From Eutreptiella sp. 'Long Island Sound 2002' (lineage: Eukaryota > Protista > Euglenida): a stretch of DNA of 64,000 nucleotides. The position numbers were made by a program, and so were the translations under genes. This document shows, one piece after another, positions 23,551-34,700 of this stretch. The notes beneath the pieces were generated by a model. It worked only from the letters and a program-made list of their open reading frames with translations. It searched no databases and was not told the origin of the DNA. The stretch spans positions 168,392,001 to 168,456,000 of the forward strand of contig OZ038378.1 of the NCBI GenBank assembly GCA_964036045.1, given 5' to 3'. The first letter of the stretch is position 1, and every line of letters starts with the position of its first letter.

Positions 23551-24987
23551 GCGCTGCTGGGCCTTGAGTACCTCCACGGCGAAGGCATCATCCACCATGA
23601 CATCAAACCCGCCAACATCCTGGTCTCCGACAGAGGGGAGCTGAAGCTGACGGACTTCGGCTGCTCCTACTGCACCCGCTTCACCGAGCACACCCCGTTT
23701 GCCATGGGGACGGTGCTGTGGATGGCGCCGGAGGTCTGCCGGCAGGAGCCCTCGACGTTCATGGGAGACATCTGGAGCCTGGGCTGGACGCTGTCCCAGA
23801 TGGCCACCAACGAAGAGCCCTGGGGTGAGCGGCAGTTCGAGAACACCATCGCGGCGTTCTACCACATCGCCACCTGCAACGCCCCCCCTGCCCTTCCAAA
23901 CCGCCTCATGGAGCCGATACGGGGGGTCGTGCAGCAGTGCCTCCAGCTGGACGCCCCTCGCCGGCCCTCCTGCACGCAGCTGCTTGCGCTGCCGTGTCTG
24001 AACTTTAACAAGAGTGACCTGGCCAGCCCCAGGACGTCGCTGGCCACGATGTCCCCGAGATGGACGCGGAAGGAGGGTGCGCTCCAGCCCCCCGACCCGC
24101 TGTTTCGGCCCCGAACGAGTAACTCAAGTGGCGTGCCGTCGCGGTCCGCCTCCCCCACCGGCCTGGGGAGACGGACCGTCAGCGTCTGTGAAGTACCCCC
24201 CAGTGCCAGTACGCACTCAGTCCCGTCGCTCCCCCGCAGCATGATGTCCACCCCCGTGATCGGTGCGGTCGCCACTCCGCAGGCGCTGCCCCCCTTGGAC
24301 CTGATGCCGGGGGCCTCCTTCGTGTTTGCCTCCCTGGACGAACTGGACAAGGAGAACTTCGTGACGGACATGGGGATACCGACGACGCGCGTGCAACGGA
24401 GAGTGGCCGGGTCGGGTCTCGGCAGCTCATCGTTCGGGCCCGGCCCATCGATTCCCGGCACCGTGCCGGCCAGCCCCGCGTTGGGCGTGGCCACCACCCC
24501 GCCGTCGGGCCCCGTCATGACCCCGCCCTCCGGCGGGGCCCCAACCCCGCAGTCCCTTCCACTGTCGGACTTGATTTTGGGTGGAAACCGTGTGGCCTCT
24601 TTTGTGTTAGCCTCGCTGGACGAGCAAGCGGTGGGAGGCCTGGTGACGGACACGGGGAGCCTGCAGAGGTCGGCTTCGCAACGGAGAGAGGCCGGGTCGG
24701 TGCGGAGCAGCCCGATGTTGGGACTCGCCCCGTCCATCGGGGGGCGCATCGCGTCTCTTGTACTGAGCCCCGAAGACGATGCACAGTCCCCAAGTCAACC
24801 GGTTGCGACCGCCACGGCAATTGCCGCCGAAGAGAAAGCTTCCGGCCCCACTGTGGACAGGAAGTACCGCCTGGTGTACAGCAAATCGCATGGCACACTG
24901 CAGGACCCGGAGCAGAGGATGCCGGAGCCCTGGCCGCCCGCAGCAAATCGGGCCATAACTGGCGAATCCAGCTCGCTCAGCACTTAA
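23551..24987 (+). CDS. Kinase gene terminal exon: subdomains VI-XI plus a long Ser/Pro-rich tail (MAPKKK-like Ser/Thr protein kinase)
   Basis: Acceptor ccctcgccAG at 23549-50 joins IVLYLRQ|ALLGLEYLH in frame. Motifs [31 protein letters not shown]. Stop TAA at 24985-87. Confidence 0.93.
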   Translation, partial: ALLGLEYLHGEGIIHHDIKPANILVSDRGELKLTDFGCSYCTRFTEHTPFAMGTVLWMAPEVCRQEPSTFMGDIWSLGWTLSQMATNEEPWGERQFENTIAAFYHIATCNAPPALPNRLMEPIRGVVQQCLQLDAPRRPSCTQLLALPCLNFNKSDLASPRTSLATMSPRWTRKEGALQPPDPLFRPRTSNSSGVPSRSASPTGLGRRTVSVCEVPPSASTHSVPSLPRSMMSTPVIGAVATPQALPPLDLMPGASFVFASLDELDKENFVTDMGIPTTRVQRRVAGSGLGSSSFGPGPSIPGTVPASPALGVATTPPSGPVMTPPSGGAPTPQSLPLSDLILGGNRVASFVLASLDEQAVGGLVTDTGSLQRSASQRREAGSVRSSPMLGLAPSIGGRIASLVLSPEDDAQSPSQPVATATAIAAEEKASGPTVDRKYRLVYSKSHGTLQDPEQRMPEPWPPAANRAITGESSSLST

Positions 24988-25968
24988 AAGCCCTGCAGAC
25001 CCCTGCACAAGAGTCGCAAGCAGTATGGAGACTGGCTCAGGAACGTAGAAACGCCTACAAGAGCACAAGTTGCGGTCAGCAGGGCGGGCCTGCAGGGTAT
25101 TAGTTGCCCATGAGACCCCTCTTGTTGCGCGCACGAGAATGGGTGATGTTAACCAGGTGCCGCATTTCCGTGGTGCATCCCACACGCCCAAAACCCTGTC
25201 CCCCCTTTCGGGCTGCAGTACACAAGTGCAGCGCACAATAAGCGGTCGATGCAGCGTGCCTGTGGGCATCGGGGTCGCTTTATGTGCCTGAGAGAAAAAG
25301 CGGTTGTCCGTCTTGCGTGAGCAAAGCTGCGCGCATGATCGCCGGTGGTGCTGCCCATGCGCCAGTCGCCACGATGCCTTCTTGAATTCCCTTTTCTTTG
25401 ACGACGGCCATATATTTTATTTACCTCGTGCCGAATGTGCATATCGGCTTTTCTATTTCCCTGTCATGACACATGCCCCACCCCCGGGGGAAATGACGGA
25501 ATGGAGCGAAACGATGGTCCCCGCCTTCGCACGCGAAGCACTCAGAACTGTTGTCTGGACTGTGTTCAAGGGTGGCCCCTTGCTTTTGTTTTTTTGAAGG
25601 AAGGACGGTGACCAGCCCATCGTTGGCGGTCAAAAGGCCAACCACCGGGACCGGTGGTGACTGGCCCACCGGCGAGTGCTGGATGACTGCTGGCAATCCC
25701 TGTAAGCAGCACATGGTCCGGGCCACCAGCCCCCCCCTCCCCTCCGCGCTGGGGGTGGCTGGTGGTATTCGGCATTCTGGTGCACGAACACAGATGCCGC
25801 TTCCCCTCGTGCGTGCAGCAGGGCAAGCACGTGTGCAATGCCATTGGGGCACTGCTGTCTGTAAATATTTTTGTATTTTTACTGGACCTGAGACAAGTGT
25901 CATTGGTACGTTGAGCTTTGGCCATATGCGAAAGCCCTCATTTTCCCTTTTGTTTTCTCAGCATTATG

Positions 25969-26468
25969 CCCCCCCCCCCCCCGCCCCTGGAATAGCTACG
26001 GCCTTGTCCAAGCTACAGCGGGTGCAGGGACCATATAAATTTGGTACCTAATTTGCTTCGGATCAAATGTTGTGCCGCCATGGGTTTGGTGTCAAATTTG
26101 CCAGTTGCATAGAGTCATGCCCCGGGGGCAATGTGTGAATTTAGGCAGTTTGGGTGTGTAGCATACCCATGGAGGGGGCTATTTGTATTGAAACCGACCT
26201 GGATGACGAACGTTTTTCACCAGTGTCTAGTGTGTTTTGCACCCAAGTAATTGGCTCGACAACCTATTCTTGGCTCAACATAATGCAAAATCAGCTGTGA
26301 GTGTTTGCCCACTTGAACCCACATAGCTCTGATTTTGGGAATGTTTGCTTGCACCAGCTCACCATGCAATCTTCTCTTTTTGAACCTGGGCGTCTACGGC
26401 CTTGTCCAAGCTACAGCAGGCGTAGGGACCATATTTATTTTGGACTTGTGCGCAGCTGTTACAAGGGG
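25969..26468. mobile_element. Older ~500-bp copy of MITE family 1
   Basis: Poly-C start and two direct copies of CTACGGCCTTGTCCAAGCTACAG. Degenerate right TIR GCAGCTGTTACAAGGGG followed by TA. Confidence 0.6.
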
Positions 26469-26960
26469 TATCTCCGTCAGGGGCGGCATATGGGCGTGCC
26501 CAGCTGGGGTGCCACTTGTGCATTACACATGTCGTTTATGTGATTTCCCTTTGGTTGGTGCCTGTTCACCAACCAGGCAGTGATCACTCACCCACAAGGA
26601 AACGAAAGGAAAGCAACATGGCAGGTGCCTTTTCCTGTGCCGGTCTGCGCACCTTTTGTATGCTAAGAGTACAGGCGGGTTTTCCAGAAAACTGTGGTGA
26701 TTACGACGAGTGAACCAATCACGAGTTGAAAAAATCGTACACATCGCACGCACATTCTACTCGTGGGGAACATTTCATTCATTTGAAGTACACGAGGAAT
26801 GGGCATGAGCTTGAGCATCATGCCCTTTTGACCGTGTACTCTTCCCAATCACCAGCCCATCCCCACCGCCATCAGCCGCAGGTTCGGAGGCCTCGGGAAC
26901 ACGACGGCATTCACCAACATGTAGTGCTTCCCCCCCGGTTCATACTGCTCCTGCCCCCAG

Positions 26961-27277
26961 CTCCTTTGCCTTTTGGCTGGGACCTTGCCACCACAGCTGA
27001 AGGCACGCCGTATTACCTTGACCACAACCGAGGAATTTCAAATTGGGAGCGCCCAGAGCACCCCGCAATCCCGCCAAAACCACCCAAGCACCGAAGTGCA
27101 GATTGTGTGGGCCAAAGTGGGCCGCGGGATTGGGGCCTTGGCCATGTGTTTGAGGGCAAGCTGTACTTCACCAAAGATATTGTGGATGACAGTTTTGTGC
27201 CAAGGAATAGGAAGCCTAAACCCATTCCAAAGCCTACTGCCAAGCCAACCCCAACGCGCAACTTGGCTTCTATTTGA
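26961..27277 (+). CDS. WW-domain-containing exon (LPFGWDLATTAEGTPYYLDHNRGISNWERP)
   Basis: Canonical WW pattern LP-GW...G-PYY-DH-----W-RP after acceptor ctgcccccAG at 26959-60. The frame is open to TGA at 27275-77; an internal donor (e.g. 27163) is possible. Confidence 0.75.
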
Positions 27278-27464
27278 CTGTCAAAGTCGGGCTACCCTTC
27301 ACACTTTTTTTGGGGGGCTGGCAGCCTTTTCCACCTCCGGGCACATGATCGAGACTGACCACCGTCTTGTCTCTACTCCATTGAGTAGTGTCCAGCAGTT
27401 GTTGTGGCTAGCCGTCTGCTAGGGTAATGTGATTGGGGGAGCGATGTTCCCTGTCGTGTCGTAG

Positions 27465-28056
27465 CTTTCCGAAGCTCTCAGTGTCACGGGATGTAGATGT
27501 GCAGAGGTTCGACCTGACGCCAAAACAAAGCAAGGAGGCTTTCAGTTACGTGGACATAATGCGGCACGCGATGAAACTCAGCCCACAGCGGCAGAGGCCG
27601 CGCAGATGGGGAGTCCAGTAGGGCGCGGAGCCCACCGCCAGTGGCCCCCCCGAACAGCTGCCAGCCAGGCAGAGGCAGCCGAATTTGTTTGTGCCTCCCT
27701 CCGTCGTTTTTCGACCCTCCCACCCACCCATATCTGTCTTGGTCCAGACCCTGTGCGTTTGGGAAGCAACTCCGAATCGCACAATTCAGCACCTCCAGTG
27801 AACTCGTGCTGAGACTTGTGCAGGCTGGCTCAGCCTTGACCAACTGTCCACCCCTTGTGACACAAGTCCTCATCAACAGGCGTGAGATTATCTTATACTT
27901 AATCACCCCCATTGCCTTGCAGCCCTGCAGCACTGGTCTAAAGACAGGGCAGTCAGCCCGAGCGCCTTACTGCTACTCAGCACAGGCCTGATGTATAAAG
28001 ATGAAACAAAATGCTTAGTCACCCGCATTTTTTTGTATGCAGCTGCCCATCGTTGA
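27465..28056 (+). CDS. Probable downstream exons of the WW gene (27465-27617, 27748-27881, 27923-28056), unknown product
   Basis: Phase-compatible GT-AG junctions (donors GTAGGG 27618 and GTGAGA 27882; acceptors 27746-47 and 27921-22) link protein-like frames. One intron would be only 41 nt. Confidence 0.4.
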
Positions 28057-28434
28057 AGTTCAACGCTTGATTGCCTGAGGTCAGGCCTTGATGTGTCTGG
28101 ACAGGGAAGGGCCATGCCCCAAAATGATCAGGGGTCATGCCCTATTGTCCAAAGCATTCTGCACTCTGTGATATGGTGCTCTTCCGCGCCAGCCAGGGCG
28201 AAAAGCGCAAGACCGCCGTTGAACCATGAAGGGCGCGTGCACAGTTGAACAATGTGTTGCGTATGAAAAAGAAAAGTTCTTCGCGTGCTCGTGCACCGCC
28301 AGCAGGTAACTTTGATGCACCTCCATAGACATGGATGTCTGGGGGTCGTCGTTGCACGCTGTACATAAACAACAACCTTGTTCAGAACAACAAGTCGTGC
28401 TGTTTCCGTCATTTTCAGTGCTTTTACCTTTGTA

Positions 28435-28658
28435 CCCTCCCCCCCCTTTAAATCCCCCCCCCCCTTGCAATCCGCCCCCCCCCAGGGGGGAGACCGTCAC
28501 TTCACTGTTTTGCTAGGTAATATCTATTGCGGTGGTTTGTGTTCCCCTAGTGTCACACACACGTCCTTGCATTGCTTTCCCATTACTTCTAATCAGTCGC
28601 CTGTGTGTATTCTGTGATATTCTCTCTCCAAACGCGGGGGAGATTTCAAGGGGGGGGG
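28435..28658. mobile_element. MITE family 3 (224 bp), poly-C/poly-G TIR, TA TSD
   Basis: TA|CCCTCCCCCCCCTTTAAATCCCC ... GGGGAGATTTCAAGGGGGGGGG|TA. Confidence 0.7.
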
Positions 28659-29255
28659 TACTCTAGGGTTTCCCCTATTTCAAGCAAACCCATGCTGGCT
28701 TCACTCCTTGTAACAATGCACCCTTTCACGCACGTGGACAACACAAGCATTCTTGTTGGGTATGCACGGATTTCTTCTTCTAGCCCAAACATGAAATATG
28801 TTTGTATCATCTCAGAGTTTTTTAAGATTTTGGTGGGGCAGGGACCAGATTGGGGGGATTTGAGGGAGGTTGTCACCAACTTGAGGGGCCAGAACCACGA
28901 CTCCGGATCGCCTTTTGGCTCTGCTGCCAGACAGGATCGGTTTGCGAGCTGCTGCTCCCGCTAACACATGCTGGTGTCCCTCTGTAATACAGGCCCCAGG
29001 CCTTTGTAATACAGTCTTTCCGTTCCCCTTCGCCCACGCACGTCTGCACACATGGATGTGATCGGCGCGATCCAGGAGGCCTACCCGTTGCTGAGAGTTG
29101 CATGATATGTCACGGAAACCCGCGCCTTTTTGGTAAGGCGGGTTTTCCCGTCACGGCCACCATGTTCGTAGTGAGATGATATCCCTGTACACACGCAATG
29201 ACATTTGTCAAGTTTATATTGATCGGGCCAGGGTTGCCACTGAAGTCCGAGTGTA

Positions 29256-29532
29256 CCCCTCCCACCTTGTTTATGCTACGGCCTTGCCCAAGCTACAGCA
29301 GGCGTAGGGACCGTAATAATTTTGTACGTAATTTAATTACGTACGAAATGTAGTGTGGCCACATAGGACATGGGTTTGTTGTCACATTTGCCAATGTCAG
29401 CACATGTAGCCTGCGCACGTGTATGTCGGCAGTTGTATGTGTTGCGCGGAAGCCACGCCCTTGTCCAAGCTACAGTAGGTGTAGGGACGGTACTAATTGT
29501 GTACATTGGCGTAGCTTATACAAGGGGGGTGG
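29256..29532. mobile_element. MITE family 1 copy (277 bp), TA TSD
   Basis: TA|CCCCTCCCACCTTGTTTATGCTACGGCC ... GGCGTAGCTTATACAAGGGGGGTGG|TA, with two internal direct repeats. Confidence 0.75.
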
Positions 29533-30228
29533 TACAAGAGTGCAAGATGCGGTCAGCAAGGCGGGCTTGCAGGGTATTAATTGCCCATGCGACCCCTCTT
29601 GTTGCGCGCATGAGAATGGGTTATGTTAACCAGGTGCCGCATTTCTGTGATGCATCCCACACGCCCAAAACCCTGTCCCCCCCTTTGGGCTGCAGTACGC
29701 GAGTGCAGCGCACAATAAGCGGTCGATGCAGCCTGTCCATGTGCCTCGGGGTCGCTTTATGTGCCTGAGAGAAAATGCGGTTGTCCCTCTTGCATGAGCG
29801 AAGCTGCGCACATGATAGCAGGTTGGCTGATGCTGCATGACCGGCATCTTCCATTTGTGCGCTGCCCCTGCGACCCATGCTCGTCCCTCCCATAACATGT
29901 GCAGCAACAGGAGGGGCACTCGACAGTGACCGGAGGGCGTCCATTGAACTCCCTCACAAGAACCATCATCCCTGCCACAGGACCCTGCTGGACCTTGCCC
30001 TCCATAACAGTCCATAATAGTCTGGTGTCCTCCGTAATATGCCCCGTCCCCTTTTCAGGAGATGCGTCGTGTATGTTGTAAGTCGTGTAATTTGTTTTAA
30101 CTGTCGGGGAGTGTCCCCTTCGCAATCATGTCCTGTCCCCTTGGCATCAGCGTCCAGGACCTTAATAGGCACATGCCCTCCATAACATGCTTCTCGCCCC
30201 ACGCACATCCGCGCGCACAAACAAGGAT

Positions 30229-30302
30229 CCCCGGCTAACTCAACCGGGCTAAGCGTACATCTCGCAACCGAAAGGTGGTAGGATCGATTCCCAGGTTGGG
30301 CA
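30229..30302 (+). pseudogene. Degenerate tRNA-derived sequence (pseudo-tRNA or SINE head)
   Basis: Exact cloverleaf spacing over 74 nt: CCCCGGC-TA-ACTC-AACCGGGCT-AAGC-G-TACAT-CTCGCAA-CCGAA-AGGTG-GTAGG-ATCGATT-CCCAG-GTTGGGC-A. The acceptor stem mostly pairs; the anticodon and T stems are broken. Loop triplet is CGC. Confidence 0.6.
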
Positions 30303-31204
30303 TGTCTGGAGGCGGGCGGTGGCAGTCGAGCGGCACCTGCATCCTTTCTGGGGAAATCACCCAATTGAGGAGACTGCAGAAGCTGCCTCGCTGCCGCGAG
30401 CACCACCAGCTGTGGAAGCCCCAATACACACACAACACACGGGGCAACTAAAGTTAAGCAAATAACTTTAGTTTTGCCACAGAAGACACAGCAACAGTAC
30501 CAGCTTTCGGCAGGGTCAGGCAGGGGGACGGGACACCATCGGGTGATCAGGCCACGCCGCATGGCGACTTCTGTCCACAGTGGATGTTTTGAGGTGAGCT
30601 GGCAATGATGGGCTCGTTGAGCTAACACCATGGAGCTGGCCCGGCGGAAGCCACGGAGCCACCACCCCACTTCCAGGGTGGTCCTGGGGCAGCGAGCCAG
30701 GTTCTGGCCTAAAGTGCATATCACACTGGTCAAGGGGCAATACAGGGACACACCCCTGGCCTACACCGTGGGCCTCACCAATGGGTTCCGCGGTCGAACA
30801 TTGCTGGTTCCTCGACAAGGGGGGGCGGGGGTGCTTTTTCCGCCATTAAGGCCCAGCCACAACGGCCGAGCACTTGCGAGGCACATTGTAAGTCTGAGTT
30901 TTTTTTTTTACAAAAAGAAAAAGTACCAAAACACAACCGCATGATGCGCGTATTCATGCATCGGATTCGTTTTCTTCGGGTCAACTCATAACAAGGCGAT
31001 TGCACAGGCACGGCCGTGTGGAGCTGCGGAGTCGATTTCTTATTGAGTTGCGTTCGGATGCAATGTCCCCTTCCTTCCTTCCATGCCCGCCAGCAACCTC
31101 CCCCCCCGCCCCATCCATCCTGAAACCCCAGCCAGTGCGTGCACCCGAAAGTATTCAGCGGCACGCGTACTTGCGTAAGAGGGCAAGAGAGGCGAGTAGT
31201 GTTA

Positions 31205-31310
31205 CCCCCCCCCCCCCCTTTGTATAAGCTACGCCCTTGTCCAAGCTACAGTAGGCGCAGGGACCGTATTAATTTGGGACTTTGGCGTAGCTTATACAAG
31301 GGGGGGGGGG
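31205..31310. mobile_element. 106-bp hairpin mini-MITE (family 1), TA TSD; repeated in each array unit
   Basis: TA|C(n)TTGTATAAGCTACGCC ... GGCGTAGCTTATACAAG(n)|TA, an essentially perfect inverted repeat around a ~48-nt loop. Confidence 0.85.
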
Positions 31311-31427
31311 TAGTAGCGAAGAAGCAGTTTGTAGATCCAGCAAACTGTTGGAACATGCCGCGGCCGTGGGAAGCATACCCTAATGGCTGTCCATACCTCT
31401 GTCGGGAGTCTGGGGATGGTGATCTAA

Positions 31428-31720
31428 CACCCCTCTCCCCCCCGTGTCTAGGAACTGCCTTGCGCAAGAACCGCCCCCTGGTTCCACGTTCGAATTCTCG
31501 CACTCCTTTTTTCTACTGCAGAGTTGTACTTTTCGTGGTTCTGGTGGATGCAGAACAGCTATTCAGCTGTGCAGGACAACATTTCATGTGTATTGCATAG
31601 TTTGTGGTATTTGGAAGGTCATATTTGCTTTTGTATCACCTCTTGGCAGCCTGCGCAGGAACCAACCCCTGGTTCCGCGGTCGAACATTGCTGGTTCCTC
31701 GACAAGGGGGGGCGGGGGTG
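31428..31720. mobile_element. MITE family 2 (~293 bp); repeated in each array unit
   Basis: TIR CACCCCTCTCCCCCCCGTGTCTAGGAACT / GGTTCCTCGACAAGGGGGGGCGGGGGTG. Two same-orientation subterminal repeats GAACC..CCCCTGGTTCCRCGKTCGAA. No clear TSD. Confidence 0.65.
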
Positions 31721-34700
31721 CTTTTTCCGCCATTAAGGCCCAGCCACAACGGCCGAGCACTTGCGAGGCACATTGTAAGTCTGAGTTTTTTTTTTACAAA
31801 AAGAAAAAGTACCAAAACACAACCGCATGATGCGCGTATTCATGCATCGGATTCGTTTTCTTCGGGTCAACTCATAACAAGGCGATTGCACAGGCACGGC
31901 CGTGTGGAGCTGCGGAGTCGATTTCTTATTGAGTTGCGTTCGGATGCAATGTCCCCTTCCTTCCTTCCATGCCCGCCAGCAACCTCCCCCCCCGCCCCAT
32001 CCATCCTGAAACCCCAGCCAGTGCGTGCACCCGAAAGTATTCAGCGGCACGCGTACTTGCGTAAGAGGGCAAGAGAGGCGAGTAGTGTTACCCCCCCCCC
32101 CCCCCTTGTATAAGCTACGCCCTTGTCCAAGCTACAGTAGGCGTAGGGACCGTATTAATTTGGGACTTTGGCGTAGCTTATACAAGGGGGGGGGGGGTAG
32201 TAGCGAAGAAGCAGTTTGTAGATCCAGCAAACTGTTGGAACATGCCGCGGCCGTGGGAAGCATACCCTAATGGCTGTCCATACCTCTGTCGGGAGTCTGG
32301 GGATGGTGATCTAACACCCCTCTCCCCCCCGTGTCTAGGAACTGCCTTGCGCAAGAACCGCCCCCTGGTTCCACGTTCGAATTCTCGCACTCCTTTTTTC
32401 TACTGCAGAGTTGTACTTTTCGTGGTTCTGGTGGATGCAGAACAGCTATTCAGCTGTGCAGGACAACATTTCATGTGTATTGCATAGTTTGTGGTATTTG
32501 GAAGGTCATATTTGCTTTTGTATCACCTCTTGGCAGCCTGCGCAGGAACCAACCCCTGGTTCCGCGGTCGAACATTGCTGGTTCCTCGACAAGGGGGGGC
32601 GGGGGTGCTTTTTCCGCCATTAAGGCCCAGCCACAACGGCCGAGCACTTGCGAGGCACATTGTAAGCCTGAGTTTTTTTTTTACAAAAAGAAAAAGTACC
32701 AAAACACAACCGCATGATGCGCGTATTCATGCATCGGATTCGTTTTCTTCGGGTCAACTCATAACAAGGCGATTGCACAGGCACGGCCGTGTGGAGCTGC
32801 GGAGTCGATTTCTTATTGAGTTGCGTTCGGATGCAATGTCCCCTTCCTTCCTTCCATGCCCGCCAGCAACCTCCCCCCCCGCCCCATCCATCCTGAAACC
32901 CCAGCCAGTGCGTGCACCCGAAAGTATTCAGCGGCACGCGTACTTGCGTAAGAGGGCAAGAGAGGCGAGTAGTGTTACCCCCCCCCCCCCCTTGTATAAG
33001 CTACGCCCTTGTCCAAGCTACAGTAGGCGTAGGGACCGTATTAATTTGGGACTTTGGCGTAGCTTATACAAGGGGGGGGGGGTAGTAGCGAAGAAGCAGT
33101 TTGTAGATCCAGCAAACTGTTGGAACATGCCGCGGCCGTGGGAAGCATACCCTAATGGCTGTCCATACCTCTGTCGGGAGTCTGGGGATGGTGATCTAAC
33201 ACCCCTCTCCCCCCCGTGTCTAGGAACTGCCTTGCGCAAGAACCGCCCCCTGGTTCCACGTTCGAATTCTCGCACTCCTTTTTTCTACTGCAGAGTTGTA
33301 CTTTTCGTGGTTCTGGTGGATGCAGAACAGCTATTCAGCTGTGCAGGACAACATTTCATGTGTATTGCATAGTTTGTGGTATTTGGAAGGTCATATTTGC
33401 TTTTGTATCACCTCTTGGCAGCCTGCGCAGGAACCAACCCCTGGTTCCGCGGTCGAACATTGCTGGTTCCTCGACAAGGGGGGGCGGGGGTGCTTTTTCC
33501 GCCATTAAGGCCCAGCCACAACGGCCGAGCACTTGCGAGGCACATTGTAAGTCTGAGTTTTTTTTTTACAAAAAGAAAAAGTACCAAAACACAACCGCAT
33601 GATGCGCGTATTCATGCATCGGATTCGTTTTCTTCGGGTCAACTCATAACAAGGCGATTGCACAGGCACGGCCGTGTGGAGCTGCGGAGTCGATTTCTTA
33701 TTGAGTTGCGTTCGGATGCAATGTCCCCTTCCTTCCTTCCATGCCCGCCAGCAACCTCCCCCCCCGCCCCATCCATCCTGAAACCCCAGCCAGTGCGTGC
33801 ACCCGAAAGTATTCAGCGGCACGCGTACTTGCGTAAGAGGGCAAGAGAGGCGAGTAGTGTTACCCCCCCCCCCCCCCTTGTATAAGCTACGCCCTTGTCC
33901 AAGCTACAGTAGGCGCAGGGACCGTATTAATTTGGGACTTTGGCGTAGCTTATACAAGGGGGGGGGGGTAGTAGCGAAGAAGCAGTTTGTAGATCCAGCA
34001 AACTGTTGGAACATGCCGCGGCCGTGGGAAGCATACCCTAATGGCTGTCCATACCTCTGTCGGGAGTCTGGGGATGGTGATCTAACACCCCTCTCCCCCC
34101 CGTGTCTAGGAACTGCCTTGCGCAAGAACCGCCCCCTGGTTCCACGTTCGAATTCTCGCACTCCTTTTTTCTACTGCAGAGTTGTACTTTTCGTGGTTCT
34201 GGTGGATGCAGAACAGCTATTCAGCTGTGCAGGACAACATTTCATGTGTATTGCATAGTTTGTGGTATTTGGAAGGTCATATTTGCTTTTGTATCACCTC
34301 TTGGCAGCCTGCGCAGGAACCAACCCCTGGTTCCGCGGTCGAACATTGCTGGTTCCTCGACAAGGGGGGGCGGGGGTGCTTTTTCCGCCATTAAGGCCCA
34401 GCCACAACGGCCGAGCACTTGCGAGGCACATTGTAAGTCTGAGTTTTTTTTTTTACAAAAAGAAAAAGTACCAAAACACAACCGCATGATGCGCGTATTC
34501 ATGCATCGGATTCGTTTTCTTCGGGTCAACTCATAACAAGGCGATTGCACAGGCACGGCCGTGTGGAGCTGCGGAGTCGATTTCTTATTGAGTTGCGTTC
34601 GGATGCAATGTCCCCTTCCTTCCTTCCATGCCCGCCAGCAACCTCCCCCCCCGCCCCATCCATCCTGAAACCCCAGCCAGTGCGTGCACCCGAAAGTATT

